From Promethearchaeia archaeon (GTDB taxonomy: Archaea > Asgardarchaeota > Lokiarchaeia > Sigyniarchaeales > SOKP01), in NCBI GenBank assembly GCA_029856105.1, contig JAHQWH010000210.1, forward strand, positions 22,685-86,684: 64,000 nucleotides of DNA, given 5' to 3'. Positions 20,604-30,574 of this stretch are shown here, one piece after another. The notes under the pieces were generated by a model, which was not told where the DNA came from, made no database searches, and saw only the letters and a list, made by a program, of their open reading frames with translations. Position numbers and translations under genes: made by a program. Positions within the stretch are counted from its first letter, which is position 1; each line of letters starts with the position of its first letter.

Positions 20604-20623
20604 TTTATAATTCGTTTTACAAT

Positions 20624-21946
20624 TTATTTTAATTCTACTTTTGCTCCTAATTTTACAATATCTTCAATAAAATTTGGATAAGAATCCTTCACAATTTCGA
20701 TATCCTCTATCTGAGAATTACCTTCAGCACATAAACACGCAACGGTAAACGCCATAGCAACTCTGTGATCGTTTTCGTGATTTATGTTAGCACCTTTTAA
20801 GTTATCACAATGATATATGGTAAGTTTATCTTCCTTTTCTTCTACTAAAACTCCCATTTTACCTAATTCTCTAGCAATTATTAATATTCTATCGCTTTCT
20901 TTATCTCTTAGGCTTGAAGCATTATATAATTCAGTCTTACCCTTAGCAAATGCGCCAATAATTGATAATATGGGGAATAAGTCGGGATTTTCGCGGATAT
21001 CAATGTCCAAACCAATTAACGGATATTTTTTTAGATTGCCATTAACGGTAATAGAATTTTTATCTCGATTAACTTCGATATCTGCTCCCATCTCTTGTAA
21101 AATCTTAATTATTTTTTGATCCCCTTGAGGTTTGTCAAAATTAAGATTGGTTATAATTATCCTAGAATCTTCGGGAGATAGTATAGCCGCAGCTATAATA
21201 AAAGATATTGAAGAAAAGTCACCAGGTATTTCGTAAGTTTGGGCTCTATATTTCTGTCCACATGTGATTAGGTATTTACCAACTTTCAGTTCGTCTAAAC
21301 TTTCTTGAACGTTAATTCCAAATGAGTTTAAAACATCTAAAGTTATATTTATATATGGATAGGAAATAAGAGGAGTTGTAATTTCAACTGTAATATGATT
21401 GGTTTTTTTACAAATTAACAATGGGCACACCATCAATAGAGCTGAAACAAACTGAGAGCTAACATCTCCCTGAATTTTAACAGTACTACATTTTTTACTT
21501 TTCCGCTTGATAGTTAATGTTTCTTCAGTTAAGTCATAGCTACCGCCAATATTTTCCAAAGCGTTTAATAATGGAAGAAGTGGTCTCCTTCTTTTAATAA
21601 ATTCACCCGAAAAAGAAAGACCCCCTTTAATAATCATAGCTAACGCGCTAAATATTCTAATAGAAGTACCTGAATTTTTACAGTCGAATAATGGATTAAT
21701 TTGTTTAATTAAACCTTCATATCTCTTAACTAGATATGTATCATTTGATGCTTTCGTAATTCTATGGCCCAAAGACTTTAAAAAGTCTATAGTAACCTTA
21801 ACATCACCAGAAGTTAAAGGGTTTTTAATTATTGATACTCCTTCGGCAAGGCTCGCAGCTATAAAAGCGCGATGAGAATAGCTTTTAGAAGGTGGCGCAA
21901 TAATCTCACCTTGAAGTCTCGTTGTAGGGGATATTCGAAGTTTCAT
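20624..21946 (-). CDS. aroA: 3-phosphoshikimate 1-carboxyvinyltransferase
   Basis: PPSKSYSHR, NSGTSIR, SSQFVSALL, LRDKESDRI, DHRVAMA, SYPNF. Confidence 0.96.
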   Translation of the reverse strand: MKLRISPTTRLQGEIIAPPSKSYSHRAFIAASLAEGVSIIKNPLTSGDVKVTIDFLKSLGHRITKASNDTYLVKRYEGLIKQINPLFDCKNSGTSIRIFSALAMIIKGGLSFSGEFIKRRRPLLPLLNALENIGGSYDLTEETLTIKRKSKKCSTVKIQGDVSSQFVSALLMVCPLLICKKTNHITVEITTPLISYPYINITLDVLNSFGINVQESLDELKVGKYLITCGQKYRAQTYEIPGDFSSISFIIAAAILSPEDSRIIITNLNFDKPQGDQKIIKILQEMGADIEVNRDKNSITVNGNLKKYPLIGLDIDIRENPDLFPILSIIGAFAKGKTELYNASSLRDKESDRILIIARELGKMGVLVEEKEDKLTIYHCDNLKGANINHENDHRVAMAFTVACLCAEGNSQIEDIEIVKDSYPNFIEDIVKLGAKVELK

Positions 21947-22138
21947 TTGGGATATTTCAACATTTAAAACTATTAGTTACTAAGTAAAAATAAAAGAAAA
22001 CCTCGATTATAACTTTATTTTTTTATAACTTAAAATTACGATGGAGAAAGCATTCATAAAAAATAATAAGTGAAAACTACTCATAATATATTAATTATAT
22101 CGTATAATTGATTGTATCCTTGAATTTTTTTAGTTGAG

Positions 22139-23257
22139 ATGATAAAATTGGGAGATAACACATTTGGAAAATTTTTTAAAATCACTTCGTTTGGAGAAAG
22201 TCATGGTAAGTTAGTAGGTGTTATTATTGATGGAACGCCTGCTGGGTTAGAATTTGATTTAGATATTATTCAAAGAGAATTAGATAAAAGAAGTCCTGGA
22301 CAATCTCATTTAACAACATCTCGAGCAGAATTAGATAAAGCCGAAGTTTTATCGGGAATTTTTAATAATAAAACGACAGGAGCTCCAATTTGTCTGATAG
22401 TCAAAAATGAGGATGTAGATTCGTCAAAATATGAGAAATTTAAAGAAATGATTAGACCGTCTCAAGTGGATTATGTTCTTTCGCAGAAATTTGGTGGTTT
22501 CGCCGATTATCGTGGTTCTGGCAGATTTTCAGGAAGAATTACAGCAGGATTCGTAATGGCGGGAGCCCTTGCTAAACAAATCTTAAATAAGGTAAATATA
22601 TCAGTTTTTGCGTATACAAAGAGTATTGGGAAAATTGAAGATTCACTAAATTATTATATTAAAGATATCAACACTTTTATCCAGAAAAGAGAAATTTCAC
22701 CTGTAAGAGCATTAAATCCAGATTTATCAAAAAAAATGGAACATGAAATTGAAGTAGTACAAAAAGCTAACGATTCGATTGGAGGAACTATTAGTTGTAT
22801 AATCAATAACTTTCCCGTCGGAATTGGAGGACCTATTTTCAATAGTCTCGAATCCAATATTAGCAAGGCAATTTTTTCCATACCTGCAATAAAAGGAATT
22901 GAGTTTGGTGCTGGATTTAAGGCTGCAAAAATGAAAGGGTCTGAGCATAACGACCCATGGACTATAAAAGAGGGGAAAATTAGAACCGTGAAAAATGATT
23001 CTGGTGGAATTATAGGAGGGATATCTACGGGTATGCCAATTAAATTCACTGTTGCAGTCAAGCCAACGCCTTCTATAGGATTAGCTCAAAAAACAGTTAA
23101 TGTTAAAACAATGAAAGAAGAGGAAATTAAAATAGAAGGGCGTCATGACCCGTGTATTGTCCCAAGAGCCGTTGTAGTTGTGGAGTCTATGGCGGCTATA
23201 GTTCTATTAGATTATCTTTTAATAGAAGGAAAAATCCCTTCAGTGTTAAAAACCTAA
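22139..23257 (+). CDS. aroC: Chorismate synthase
   Basis: FGESHG, GSGRFSGR, GGISTG, KPTPSI, GRHDPC. Confidence 0.96.
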   Translation: MIKLGDNTFGKFFKITSFGESHGKLVGVIIDGTPAGLEFDLDIIQRELDKRSPGQSHLTTSRAELDKAEVLSGIFNNKTTGAPICLIVKNEDVDSSKYEKFKEMIRPSQVDYVLSQKFGGFADYRGSGRFSGRITAGFVMAGALAKQILNKVNISVFAYTKSIGKIEDSLNYYIKDINTFIQKREISPVRALNPDLSKKMEHEIEVVQKANDSIGGTISCIINNFPVGIGGPIFNSLESNISKAIFSIPAIKGIEFGAGFKAAKMKGSEHNDPWTIKEGKIRTVKNDSGGIIGGISTGMPIKFTVAVKPTPSIGLAQKTVNVKTMKEEEIKIEGRHDPCIVPRAVVVVESMAAIVLLDYLLIEGKIPSVLKT

Positions 23258-23400
23258 ATATTTTTATTTTTTAAAGGAACTTAGATTTCCTTATAGATGT
23301 TATAATTATCGCGTAATAATTAAAAATGTTCTTAATTTTCTAAAAATATCTTGCTATATTTATTCAAACAATTTATGATAAAAAGGGGAGAGTAAAAATA

Positions 23401-24843
23401 ATGAAGGAAGCAAAAGAAACTTTAACAGCAATTTTACTTGGTGCCGGTAATAGAGGAATGACTGTTTATGGTGAATATGCGTTAAAATATCCAGAAAAGT
23501 TGAAATTTGTAGCCGTTGCTGAACCTATTAAGATCAGAAGAGAAAAATTTGCTGAACTTCATGAAATTCCCCCTAATAAGTGTTTTATAAGTTGGGAGGA
23601 TTTATTACAAGAAGAAAAATTAGCTGAAACTGCTTTTGTTTGCACACAGGATCAAATGCACATTAAACCAACAATCAAGGCGTTAGAGATAGGGTACAAC
23701 GTTCTATTAGAAAAACCTATGGCTCACACTTTAGAAGGTTGTATCGAAATCGTCAAAAAAGTTAAGGAGACTGGTAGAATACTTGGAATTAGCCATGTTT
23801 TGAGATATACAAATTTCTTTTCGACTATTAAGGATACTATCCAAAAAGGGTTATTGGGAAATCTTGTAAATATTTCACATCGAGAAAATGTAAGTTGGTA
23901 TCATATGGCGCACAGTTTTGTTAGAGGAAACTGGAGGAATGTAAGATCATCATCCCCTATGATACTGGCAAAATGCTGTCACGATCTCGATTTGTTGTTT
24001 TGGATGGTTGGTGCTTTACCAAAAAAAATAAGTTCGTTTGGAAGTTTATTACATTTTAATTCAGTTAATGCACCAAAAAACGCTCCAGAATTTTGCATAG
24101 AGGGTTGTCCTATAGAGGATACTTGTTTGTATTACGCTCCAAGAATATATATTGATATAATTCCGATTATTCAAATATTAAAAAAAAGCGAGAAAAAAGG
24201 ATTTAGAATTCTCGCTAATCTGAGAAAAAATCATATAAAATTTTTAACTGGACTGAGTAAATTAATTAAACTTTTACAACGATTGAGATATTGGAGGGAT
24301 TGGCCCGTGGAACCTCTTTATTCCGGTCTTCCTGAAGAAAGTACCGAAGATTACTCTGATGAAACGAAAACGAAAATTCTAAAAACAAGTCCTTACGGTA
24401 GGTGCGTCTATAAATGCGATAACGATGTAGTTGACCATCAAGTCGTTAATATCGAATTTGAAAATAAAGTTACAGTTAATTTAACAATGCATGGATTTAG
24501 TGAACGGGAGGGGCGCACATTAAGGATTGACGGAACTAAAGCTACGCTAATTGGACAATTCTCCGATGCGGGGCAGAAAATTACCTTATTCGATCATTTT
24601 TCAGGTACTGAAAAAGTAATTTTTTCTCAACAGCTCTCTCTTGATTATTCTGGCCATGGTGGAGGCGATTTCTCATTGATCGATGCGTTTTTAGAAACTT
24701 TAGTTGGTAAGAGTAAAACCCAACCTTTAACAAACGCAAACGAAACTTTAGAAAGCCATCTCATGGCTTTCGCTGCTGACGACTCTCGCTTAAAAGGAAA
24801 AGTTATTGATATGGAAGAGTTCCGGATAAAAGCACAAAAATAG
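23401..24843 (+). CDS. Gfo/Idh/MocA family oxidoreductase
   Basis: GAGNRG, LLEKPMA, HSFVRGNW, AKCCHDLD, HGGGD. Confidence 0.9.
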   Translation: MKEAKETLTAILLGAGNRGMTVYGEYALKYPEKLKFVAVAEPIKIRREKFAELHEIPPNKCFISWEDLLQEEKLAETAFVCTQDQMHIKPTIKALEIGYNVLLEKPMAHTLEGCIEIVKKVKETGRILGISHVLRYTNFFSTIKDTIQKGLLGNLVNISHRENVSWYHMAHSFVRGNWRNVRSSSPMILAKCCHDLDLLFWMVGALPKKISSFGSLLHFNSVNAPKNAPEFCIEGCPIEDTCLYYAPRIYIDIIPIIQILKKSEKKGFRILANLRKNHIKFLTGLSKLIKLLQRLRYWRDWPVEPLYSGLPEESTEDYSDETKTKILKTSPYGRCVYKCDNDVVDHQVVNIEFENKVTVNLTMHGFSEREGRTLRIDGTKATLIGQFSDAGQKITLFDHFSGTEKVIFSQQLSLDYSGHGGGDFSLIDAFLETLVGKSKTQPLTNANETLESHLMAFAADDSRLKGKVIDMEEFRIKAQK

Positions 24844-24922
24844 AATATTAAATATTTAGTTAATTTTAATTAATTTAAGTTTATAAGATACATATAGTCC
24901 AAAAAAAAAAGAATTGTTTAGG

Positions 24923-25144
24923 ATGAGTAGAAAAATTGATACTTCTGCGCAATTTATCGAGTTTTTCGTTAAAAAAGGGCACTATCTAGTTGAGCTATCA
25001 GAAAATCATTTTAAAAATAGAGAATATAAAAAATCCCTTGAATTACTATCTCAAGCGCATACGATGTTTGAAAAGGGAGGCGCAAAAGCAGAAGCAGAAG
25101 ATGTTAAAGCAAGATTTAACGATATAAAGAAAAATCACTTTTAA
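24923..25144 (+). CDS. Small helical (TPR/MIT-like) hypothetical protein
   Basis: 73 aa from ATG 24923; EYKKSLELLSQAHTMFEKGG helix-pair pattern. Confidence 0.6.
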   Translation: MSRKIDTSAQFIEFFVKKGHYLVELSENHFKNREYKKSLELLSQAHTMFEKGGAKAEAEDVKARFNDIKKNHF

Positions 25145-25153
25145 AAACAGTAA

Positions 25154-25648
25154 TTATTGAATATCAGCTTCATTCTTTATCTTTTTATTGATATCTATTA
25201 TGTGTGGTCCGTACCAAAACACTTTATTACAGCTCGGATTATTGCACTGATAAAATTCAGTATAATTTTTGAAAGTTTCAGGTTTAACCAATTTTTTTAT
25301 CGAATTTTTATTTTCTACTTTTTTTAATATTGTATTACAAATAGAGCATCGTGCTTTTTCAATATCGAAGTTATAGTTTAATTTTAGCTTTATCTTAAGT
25401 TGGTTTAAATAGTTATAGACACCTTTTCCTTCTAGAAATATTGCTTTATCCCTCATTTTTTGATAGAAAGGCAAATCTTTAGTTATAACTATTCTATCAT
25501 ACTTTTCGGCGTATTGTTTTAATTTTTCGTCCGGAACGGGATCAGCGTGATAATAGTCGATTAAATCGTTGGCATAAATTGCATCGAATCCAAAAATTCT
25601 CAAGAACCGAGATAATTTGCCAAGCATGGCATCTACAAGAAATTTCAT
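25154..25648 (-). CDS. Mut7-C RNase (PIN-like) domain protein
   Basis: KFLVDAMLGKLSRFLRIFGFD, ITKD, RCSICN, C..CNKVFWYGPH. Confidence 0.92.
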   Translation of the reverse strand: MKFLVDAMLGKLSRFLRIFGFDAIYANDLIDYYHADPVPDEKLKQYAEKYDRIVITKDLPFYQKMRDKAIFLEGKGVYNYLNQLKIKLKLNYNFDIEKARCSICNTILKKVENKNSIKKLVKPETFKNYTEFYQCNNPSCNKVFWYGPHIIDINKKIKNEADIQ

Positions 25649-25731
25649 TCCTATTATAAATATATTTAAGTCATAAAATAAATTATTTATTTGATATTTT
25701 TAATAAATCTAAAATTATTAGCTGATTTTGA

Positions 25732-26259
25732 ATGGAAACTAGAGAATTAATGAAAAAAGCTACGATTTTTCACGGTCATTTATGCCCAGGTGTCGCTATA
25801 GGCGTATTAGTGGCTAAATATATTTTAGAACACGATTTTGAGCGTTCTTCTGACGAAGAGCTAGTAGCTGTTGTTGAGACGGATAATTGTAGCGTTGACG
25901 CGCTTCAAGCATTATTAGGTACCACATTTGGTAAAGGCAATTTAATTCATAATGATTATGGTAAGAATAATTATAAGATATACAGTAGAAAGGGCCAAAA
26001 AGGGGTTAAATTAACTTTAAAAGCTTCTGTTTTGGATAAAAAAAAATTATCAAGGGATGAAAAAATTCAAAAGCTTTTAGATCTAGAACCTGGAGATCTC
26101 TTTGATATAAAAGAAATTGAATTTGATCCTCCAATATTGGCTCAAATAGAAGAATCGGTTCCCTGTGACATATGTGGTGAACTTACAATGGACAGCCGTA
26201 TCATGAGATATCAAGATAGAAATATTTGCATTCCTTGTTATAAAGAAATAAAAAAATGA
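25732..26259 (+). CDS. FmdE family protein with C-terminal Zn finger
   Basis: FHGHLCPG, ETDNCSVDALQ, TFGKGNL, CDICGE...CIPC. Confidence 0.92.
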   Translation: METRELMKKATIFHGHLCPGVAIGVLVAKYILEHDFERSSDEELVAVVETDNCSVDALQALLGTTFGKGNLIHNDYGKNNYKIYSRKGQKGVKLTLKASVLDKKKLSRDEKIQKLLDLEPGDLFDIKEIEFDPPILAQIEESVPCDICGELTMDSRIMRYQDRNICIPCYKEIKK

Positions 26260-26313
26260 AGAAATTTATAGCCAATTTTTTTATCAAAAATCCGATTTAA
26301 TTTGCGATTTAAT

Positions 26314-27078
26314 ATGAACGAACAATCTAAAGTTACTTTATCTGGTGCTGGACCTTTTTATTTTGATGGAAATGGTATTGGGATTATAATTATTCATGGT
26401 GGAGGGGGTGGAACCTGTGCGGACCTAAAACCATTAGGGGAGGATTTACACAAAAAAAAAGGGTATACGGTTCATATACCATTATTACCCGGATTTGGAA
26501 CCTCACCCGAAGATTTACGAATTACTACTTTAAGTGCGTGGAAAAGAGCTTTAGATAAAGAAATAATAATAGTTAGAGAAAAATGTGAAAAAATTATAGT
26601 TGGAGGTCATTCTATGGGGGGTGTTTTCTCTTTAATATTAGCAAGTAATATTAACATCGATGGTGTCTTTACTATAAGCGCCCCCATTGGAATTCGAGGA
26701 TTTGCTCCCAAATTAGTTCCATTGTTAAAATTATTCGTTAAATATTATCCAACTCCGTTAAAAAAGTTTAAACAAGAAACAAATGGAAAATGGGTGGGTT
26801 ACGATAAAATTCCCCTTAATATTGTTGGAAAATTTAATAAGCTAATGAAAGAAATGAAAAAAGCATTAGGAGCAATAATTTGTCCTGCTTTATTTTTTCA
26901 AGGACGTTTAGACTCACAAATTAAAAAAAATAGTATGGATTTTATTTATGAAGTTGTTAATTCTAAAGTCAAGAAAAAAATATGGTTAGACCATAATGAC
27001 CATCCAATTTTATGTAGTCCAGATCACGATGAGATTGTTTCCACACTAATAACTTTTATCGATGAGGTTTGCAATTAA
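26314..27078 (+). CDS. Alpha/beta hydrolase (carboxylesterase)
   Basis: IIHGG, LPGFG, GHSMGG nucleophile elbow, QGRLD. Confidence 0.88.
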   Translation: MNEQSKVTLSGAGPFYFDGNGIGIIIIHGGGGGTCADLKPLGEDLHKKKGYTVHIPLLPGFGTSPEDLRITTLSAWKRALDKEIIIVREKCEKIIVGGHSMGGVFSLILASNINIDGVFTISAPIGIRGFAPKLVPLLKLFVKYYPTPLKKFKQETNGKWVGYDKIPLNIVGKFNKLMKEMKKALGAIICPALFFQGRLDSQIKKNSMDFIYEVVNSKVKKKIWLDHNDHPILCSPDHDEIVSTLITFIDEVCN

Positions 27079-27155
27079 TTTAGAAAGATCAACAAATAAT
27101 TTAAAAAAAATTAATTTATTATAATTAGATGGATGTAATTTAAAAATTTTTAAAA

Positions 27156-27599
27156 ATGCTAATTAGAGAATTTTCAGAAAGGGATACAGAGGAAATTACA
27201 TTATTAATGAAGAAGATTTGCATATTAAAGGGTCAGGAATTTGATGAAGAGAGATGGAGAAATAGTATAATCGAACATATGAAAAAAGATTCAAATTCTG
27301 AAGTAATTGTAGCATTTGATGATGAAAAAAAATCCATTATTGGAATGGCAAATTGTTCAATTAGAACATCAGATAAAGGTTATCGATTTGGTTTCATTTC
27401 TAACTTAATTGTAGAGGAAGAAAAAAGGAGATTAGGAATAGGGGAAGAAATAATGAGATATATTGTTGATTTTTTTAAAAGAAATCATGTTTATTCAATC
27501 AGATTAGCTTTAGAGCAAAACGCAGATAATGCCGCAAAAATTTTGTTTACGAAATTAGGTTTTCAAGAAACATTACGTATTTATGAATTAAAAATTTAA
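27156..27599 (+). CDS. GNAT family N-acetyltransferase
   Basis: LIVEEEKRRLGIG acetyl-CoA motif, AKILFTKLGF. Confidence 0.9.
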   Translation: MLIREFSERDTEEITLLMKKICILKGQEFDEERWRNSIIEHMKKDSNSEVIVAFDDEKKSIIGMANCSIRTSDKGYRFGFISNLIVEEEKRRLGIGEEIMRYIVDFFKRNHVYSIRLALEQNADNAAKILFTKLGFQETLRIYELKI

Positions 27600-27656
27600 G
27601 ATAAATGTAAGAAGAAAAATAATTATTATTTTATTATATAATGATTTGAGGAATGT

Positions 27657-28862
27657 ATGATACAAGAAGTGCAAAAAGGACATACTCTTTTAATTAAAGG
27701 TCCTACAAGGGTTATATTATTAGAAGGAAAAATTGAAGTCTTTGGAAAAACATTAGTACCTAAAAAGGACGAGAAAAAAAACACGATAATCGTTCCAAGT
27801 GCTAATAATTATCCATTATATGCGTTGGAGCCATCGAGGTTAGAGATTTTCACTGGTAATAAAGATAATGTAGAAATAATTGAAGAAAACACGATTAATA
27901 ATGAATGGGTGAAAATTAAGGATTCAATTATTAGCACGATTAGAAAAAACGAACCTAACAAACCATTAAAAGTAATGGTGTTAGGAGTTAGTAGTGGGAA
28001 AACTACTCTCGTAAAATTTTTAGCGAACAATATTATTAACGAAGGATTAAAAGCAGCTTTTCTCGATTCAGATTTAGGACAACAATTGTTATACCTCCCA
28101 ACAACCCTTAATATAGGGGATATTAAAGAAGGTATTGTATCAAGCGCTGAAATTGATACCGATGAAACGATTTTCATTGGAAGTACTTTCCCAAAAGCTA
28201 ATTTTAAATTTGTTGTTTCACATTTTTGCAAAAATTTGATAACTAATTTTGTTGAAAGACACAAGGATACGGATGTCATTCTTATTGACAGTGATGGATG
28301 GATAAGAACTGAAGCAGGAATTATTTATAAAACCTTTTTCATAGATACTGTCGATCCTGATATTCTGATTGTATTTCACGACGATTCTATCGAAGAATTA
28401 AAAGAAATTGAAAAAAATGCTGTTAAATCAAAGAAAAGAAAAATCTTTCTTTTAAAGGAGCACAATGAGTTTTTTTACGAAAAAGATAAAGAAGAAAGAA
28501 GATTTATTAGACAGAGTCAATTTGCAAAGGTTTTAGAAAACTATAGAAAGATTTCAATACCATTAAACGATATTAAATTCATAAAAAACGATTACGATAT
28601 TGAAAACAATGAAATTATAGAAGTAGAAATCAACCCTAATAATTTAATTAATCTGCCTTATCATTATGTAATTATTTCTTTGCTTACAGAAGATTCTAAG
28701 ATGATTAAAATTGGTCTTCTTTTTCTTATCAATTTAGAGAAAAATTATATTCTATTATTTTCAGATCTGAGTTTTAAAGAACAAAGTAAAGTGAAGAAAA
28801 TATTACTTGGAAGTTTACGACTCTCGACCAAAGGCAACCATCAGGGGTATTTGTATTTATAG
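27657..28862 (+). CDS. Clp1/Nol9-like polynucleotide 5'-OH kinase family protein
   Basis: N-terminal LLEGKIEVFG, P-loop GVSSGKTT, DSDLGQ, IDSDGW, ERRFIR clasp. Confidence 0.85.
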   Translation: MIQEVQKGHTLLIKGPTRVILLEGKIEVFGKTLVPKKDEKKNTIIVPSANNYPLYALEPSRLEIFTGNKDNVEIIEENTINNEWVKIKDSIISTIRKNEPNKPLKVMVLGVSSGKTTLVKFLANNIINEGLKAAFLDSDLGQQLLYLPTTLNIGDIKEGIVSSAEIDTDETIFIGSTFPKANFKFVVSHFCKNLITNFVERHKDTDVILIDSDGWIRTEAGIIYKTFFIDTVDPDILIVFHDDSIEELKEIEKNAVKSKKRKIFLLKEHNEFFYEKDKEERRFIRQSQFAKVLENYRKISIPLNDIKFIKNDYDIENNEIIEVEINPNNLINLPYHYVIISLLTEDSKMIKIGLLFLINLEKNYILLFSDLSFKEQSKVKKILLGSLRLSTKGNHQGYLYL

Positions 28863-29003
28863 AATTTCCCCCCTTTCTGTTTGTTTTCATCAATTTATAA
28901 TTTTATTAAAATCACCAAGGTTATCTTTATTTATAATTGCTATCTTTAAAAGCATAATAAGATTAATTGAAATCAGACTATCCATATTTTAAATCACGAT
29001 TGA

Positions 29004-30452
29004 GTGATGTATTTGGGAGAGAACTTACTAACCAAATTCCTTAAATTAATGTCAAAAGATATCACTGAGTCTGATTTAGAATTAATTCAATTAGGAAGTA
29101 CCTTAGGACTTAACCTAATCTCGTTCGCGGAACTTCGTTCATCTCAAGAAGACAGTTTTATAGATCGAATGAGAGAAAAAGCTTTGATAAAATTAGCTAA
29201 ACATGGGGATAATGTTCTAGTTAATACTGACACATTTTATGCGGGTAGCATTGATTTTATGGTGTGTGATGAGCCCGAAGGTAAGAGATTTTTTCTTCTC
29301 GAAACAAATGGAGGTTCTAATCGAGGTTTGTCTATTCTTACTAATAAGCAACAAGATATAATGTATAATGGGTACTTGCAAGCAATTAGGCAGGCAATAG
29401 AAAAATCTAAAGGAAATAATGAAAAAGTATTAGTGTTAGTAGGCGTCCCCGTAAACGACGCTTTAATCCATGAAAAAGTAATTATGGTTGAATTTTTTAG
29501 GAAAAAAATTAAATCGATGGGTTATTCGCTTAAAATTTTTAATTCTGATAGTTATTCCAAGGAATATAAGGCAGAAGTTGTGTTTTTAATAGCGGATTAT
29601 AAAGAATTAGATCAAACATTAACATTTTCTAAAGGATGGATTAAATATCTAGGTGAAAAAGTTAATGTTTTGATTGGAGATGGTATAGCGAGACGTCTAA
29701 ACGATGAGGAATTTGTTAATCTAATTAAAAAAGACTTTCGCAGAATAAATACTATAATTGTAAATCCAATTTTCAAAATTACTGATGATAAATCTCTCAC
29801 ATATCTAGCAAGTTTTTACCATAAAAGTCTCCTTGAAAAGTTTAATTTGAAATATTTACTTTTCACAAAAGTTAATAATGAGAAGGAATTAAGCCAAAAA
29901 ATAGACTATTTAATAAAAAAATACAATAAATCTTTTATCATTAAACCTATGGGAGGATCTGGTGGAGCAGGAGTAATCCCAATCTTAAAGAATGAAAAAC
30001 CTCAACGAATTAAACACATTATAGAAGAAAGTAAAAGAGAGTTCTTTGCAAAATTTATGAAAAATCGTAATCCATATCCTTATACAATTCAAGAGATGGC
30101 TAACTTTAATACTATCTTGTGGAAGGGCGGAAAACATACTTATGACATAAGACTCTATTTAGCCCAAAAAGAAGGTCTTATAATTCCAGTTGGTGGTCTA
30201 GCAAGAATTGCTAGAGGTGTATATAAAGGCTCTTTAAAGAAAGAAGAATTTGTAGTAAACTTATCTGGTTTCGATGGTCAAATTGAAGTTGAGCGAGGTA
30301 TTGGATTCTCACAGAAAAATAGTAAACTATTAAATTTGTCTATAGATGATTTTGTTAATATGTCTTGCATTGGATGTACCTTAATCGCTAAGATATGTAA
30401 AGATTACCAACAGTTAATTAATTTCTCAGATTGGGATAAAATTATTGGTTAG
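29004..30452 (+). CDS. Circularly permuted ATP-grasp peptide/amide ligase
   Basis: IDF...LLETNG motif at the N-terminus, followed by VNP...DDKS, IKPMGGSGGAGV, IQE, DIRLY, GGLARIA, VVNLS. Confidence 0.8.
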   Translation: MMYLGENLLTKFLKLMSKDITESDLELIQLGSTLGLNLISFAELRSSQEDSFIDRMREKALIKLAKHGDNVLVNTDTFYAGSIDFMVCDEPEGKRFFLLETNGGSNRGLSILTNKQQDIMYNGYLQAIRQAIEKSKGNNEKVLVLVGVPVNDALIHEKVIMVEFFRKKIKSMGYSLKIFNSDSYSKEYKAEVVFLIADYKELDQTLTFSKGWIKYLGEKVNVLIGDGIARRLNDEEFVNLIKKDFRRINTIIVNPIFKITDDKSLTYLASFYHKSLLEKFNLKYLLFTKVNNEKELSQKIDYLIKKYNKSFIIKPMGGSGGAGVIPILKNEKPQRIKHIIEESKREFFAKFMKNRNPYPYTIQEMANFNTILWKGGKHTYDIRLYLAQKEGLIIPVGGLARIARGVYKGSLKKEEFVVNLSGFDGQIEVERGIGFSQKNSKLLNLSIDDFVNMSCIGCTLIAKICKDYQQLINFSDWDKIIG

Positions 30453-30574
30453 AACAAGCATAAATCCTATAATATTCTAAATTTAATGAAAGTTTTCTGA
30501 TGACACTGGCCCTTTTTTAGAACCTATTGGCTTTTCATAAATTTTACTATAAATAGCTAATAATACTTATTATT

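Noticed and set aside
29004-30452. True tubulin-tyrosine ligase/TTLL ortholog
   Set aside because: The motif order is permuted, and DDK, GGLxR and VVN fit CP ATP-grasp better; the TTL similarity may only reflect the shared superfamily.
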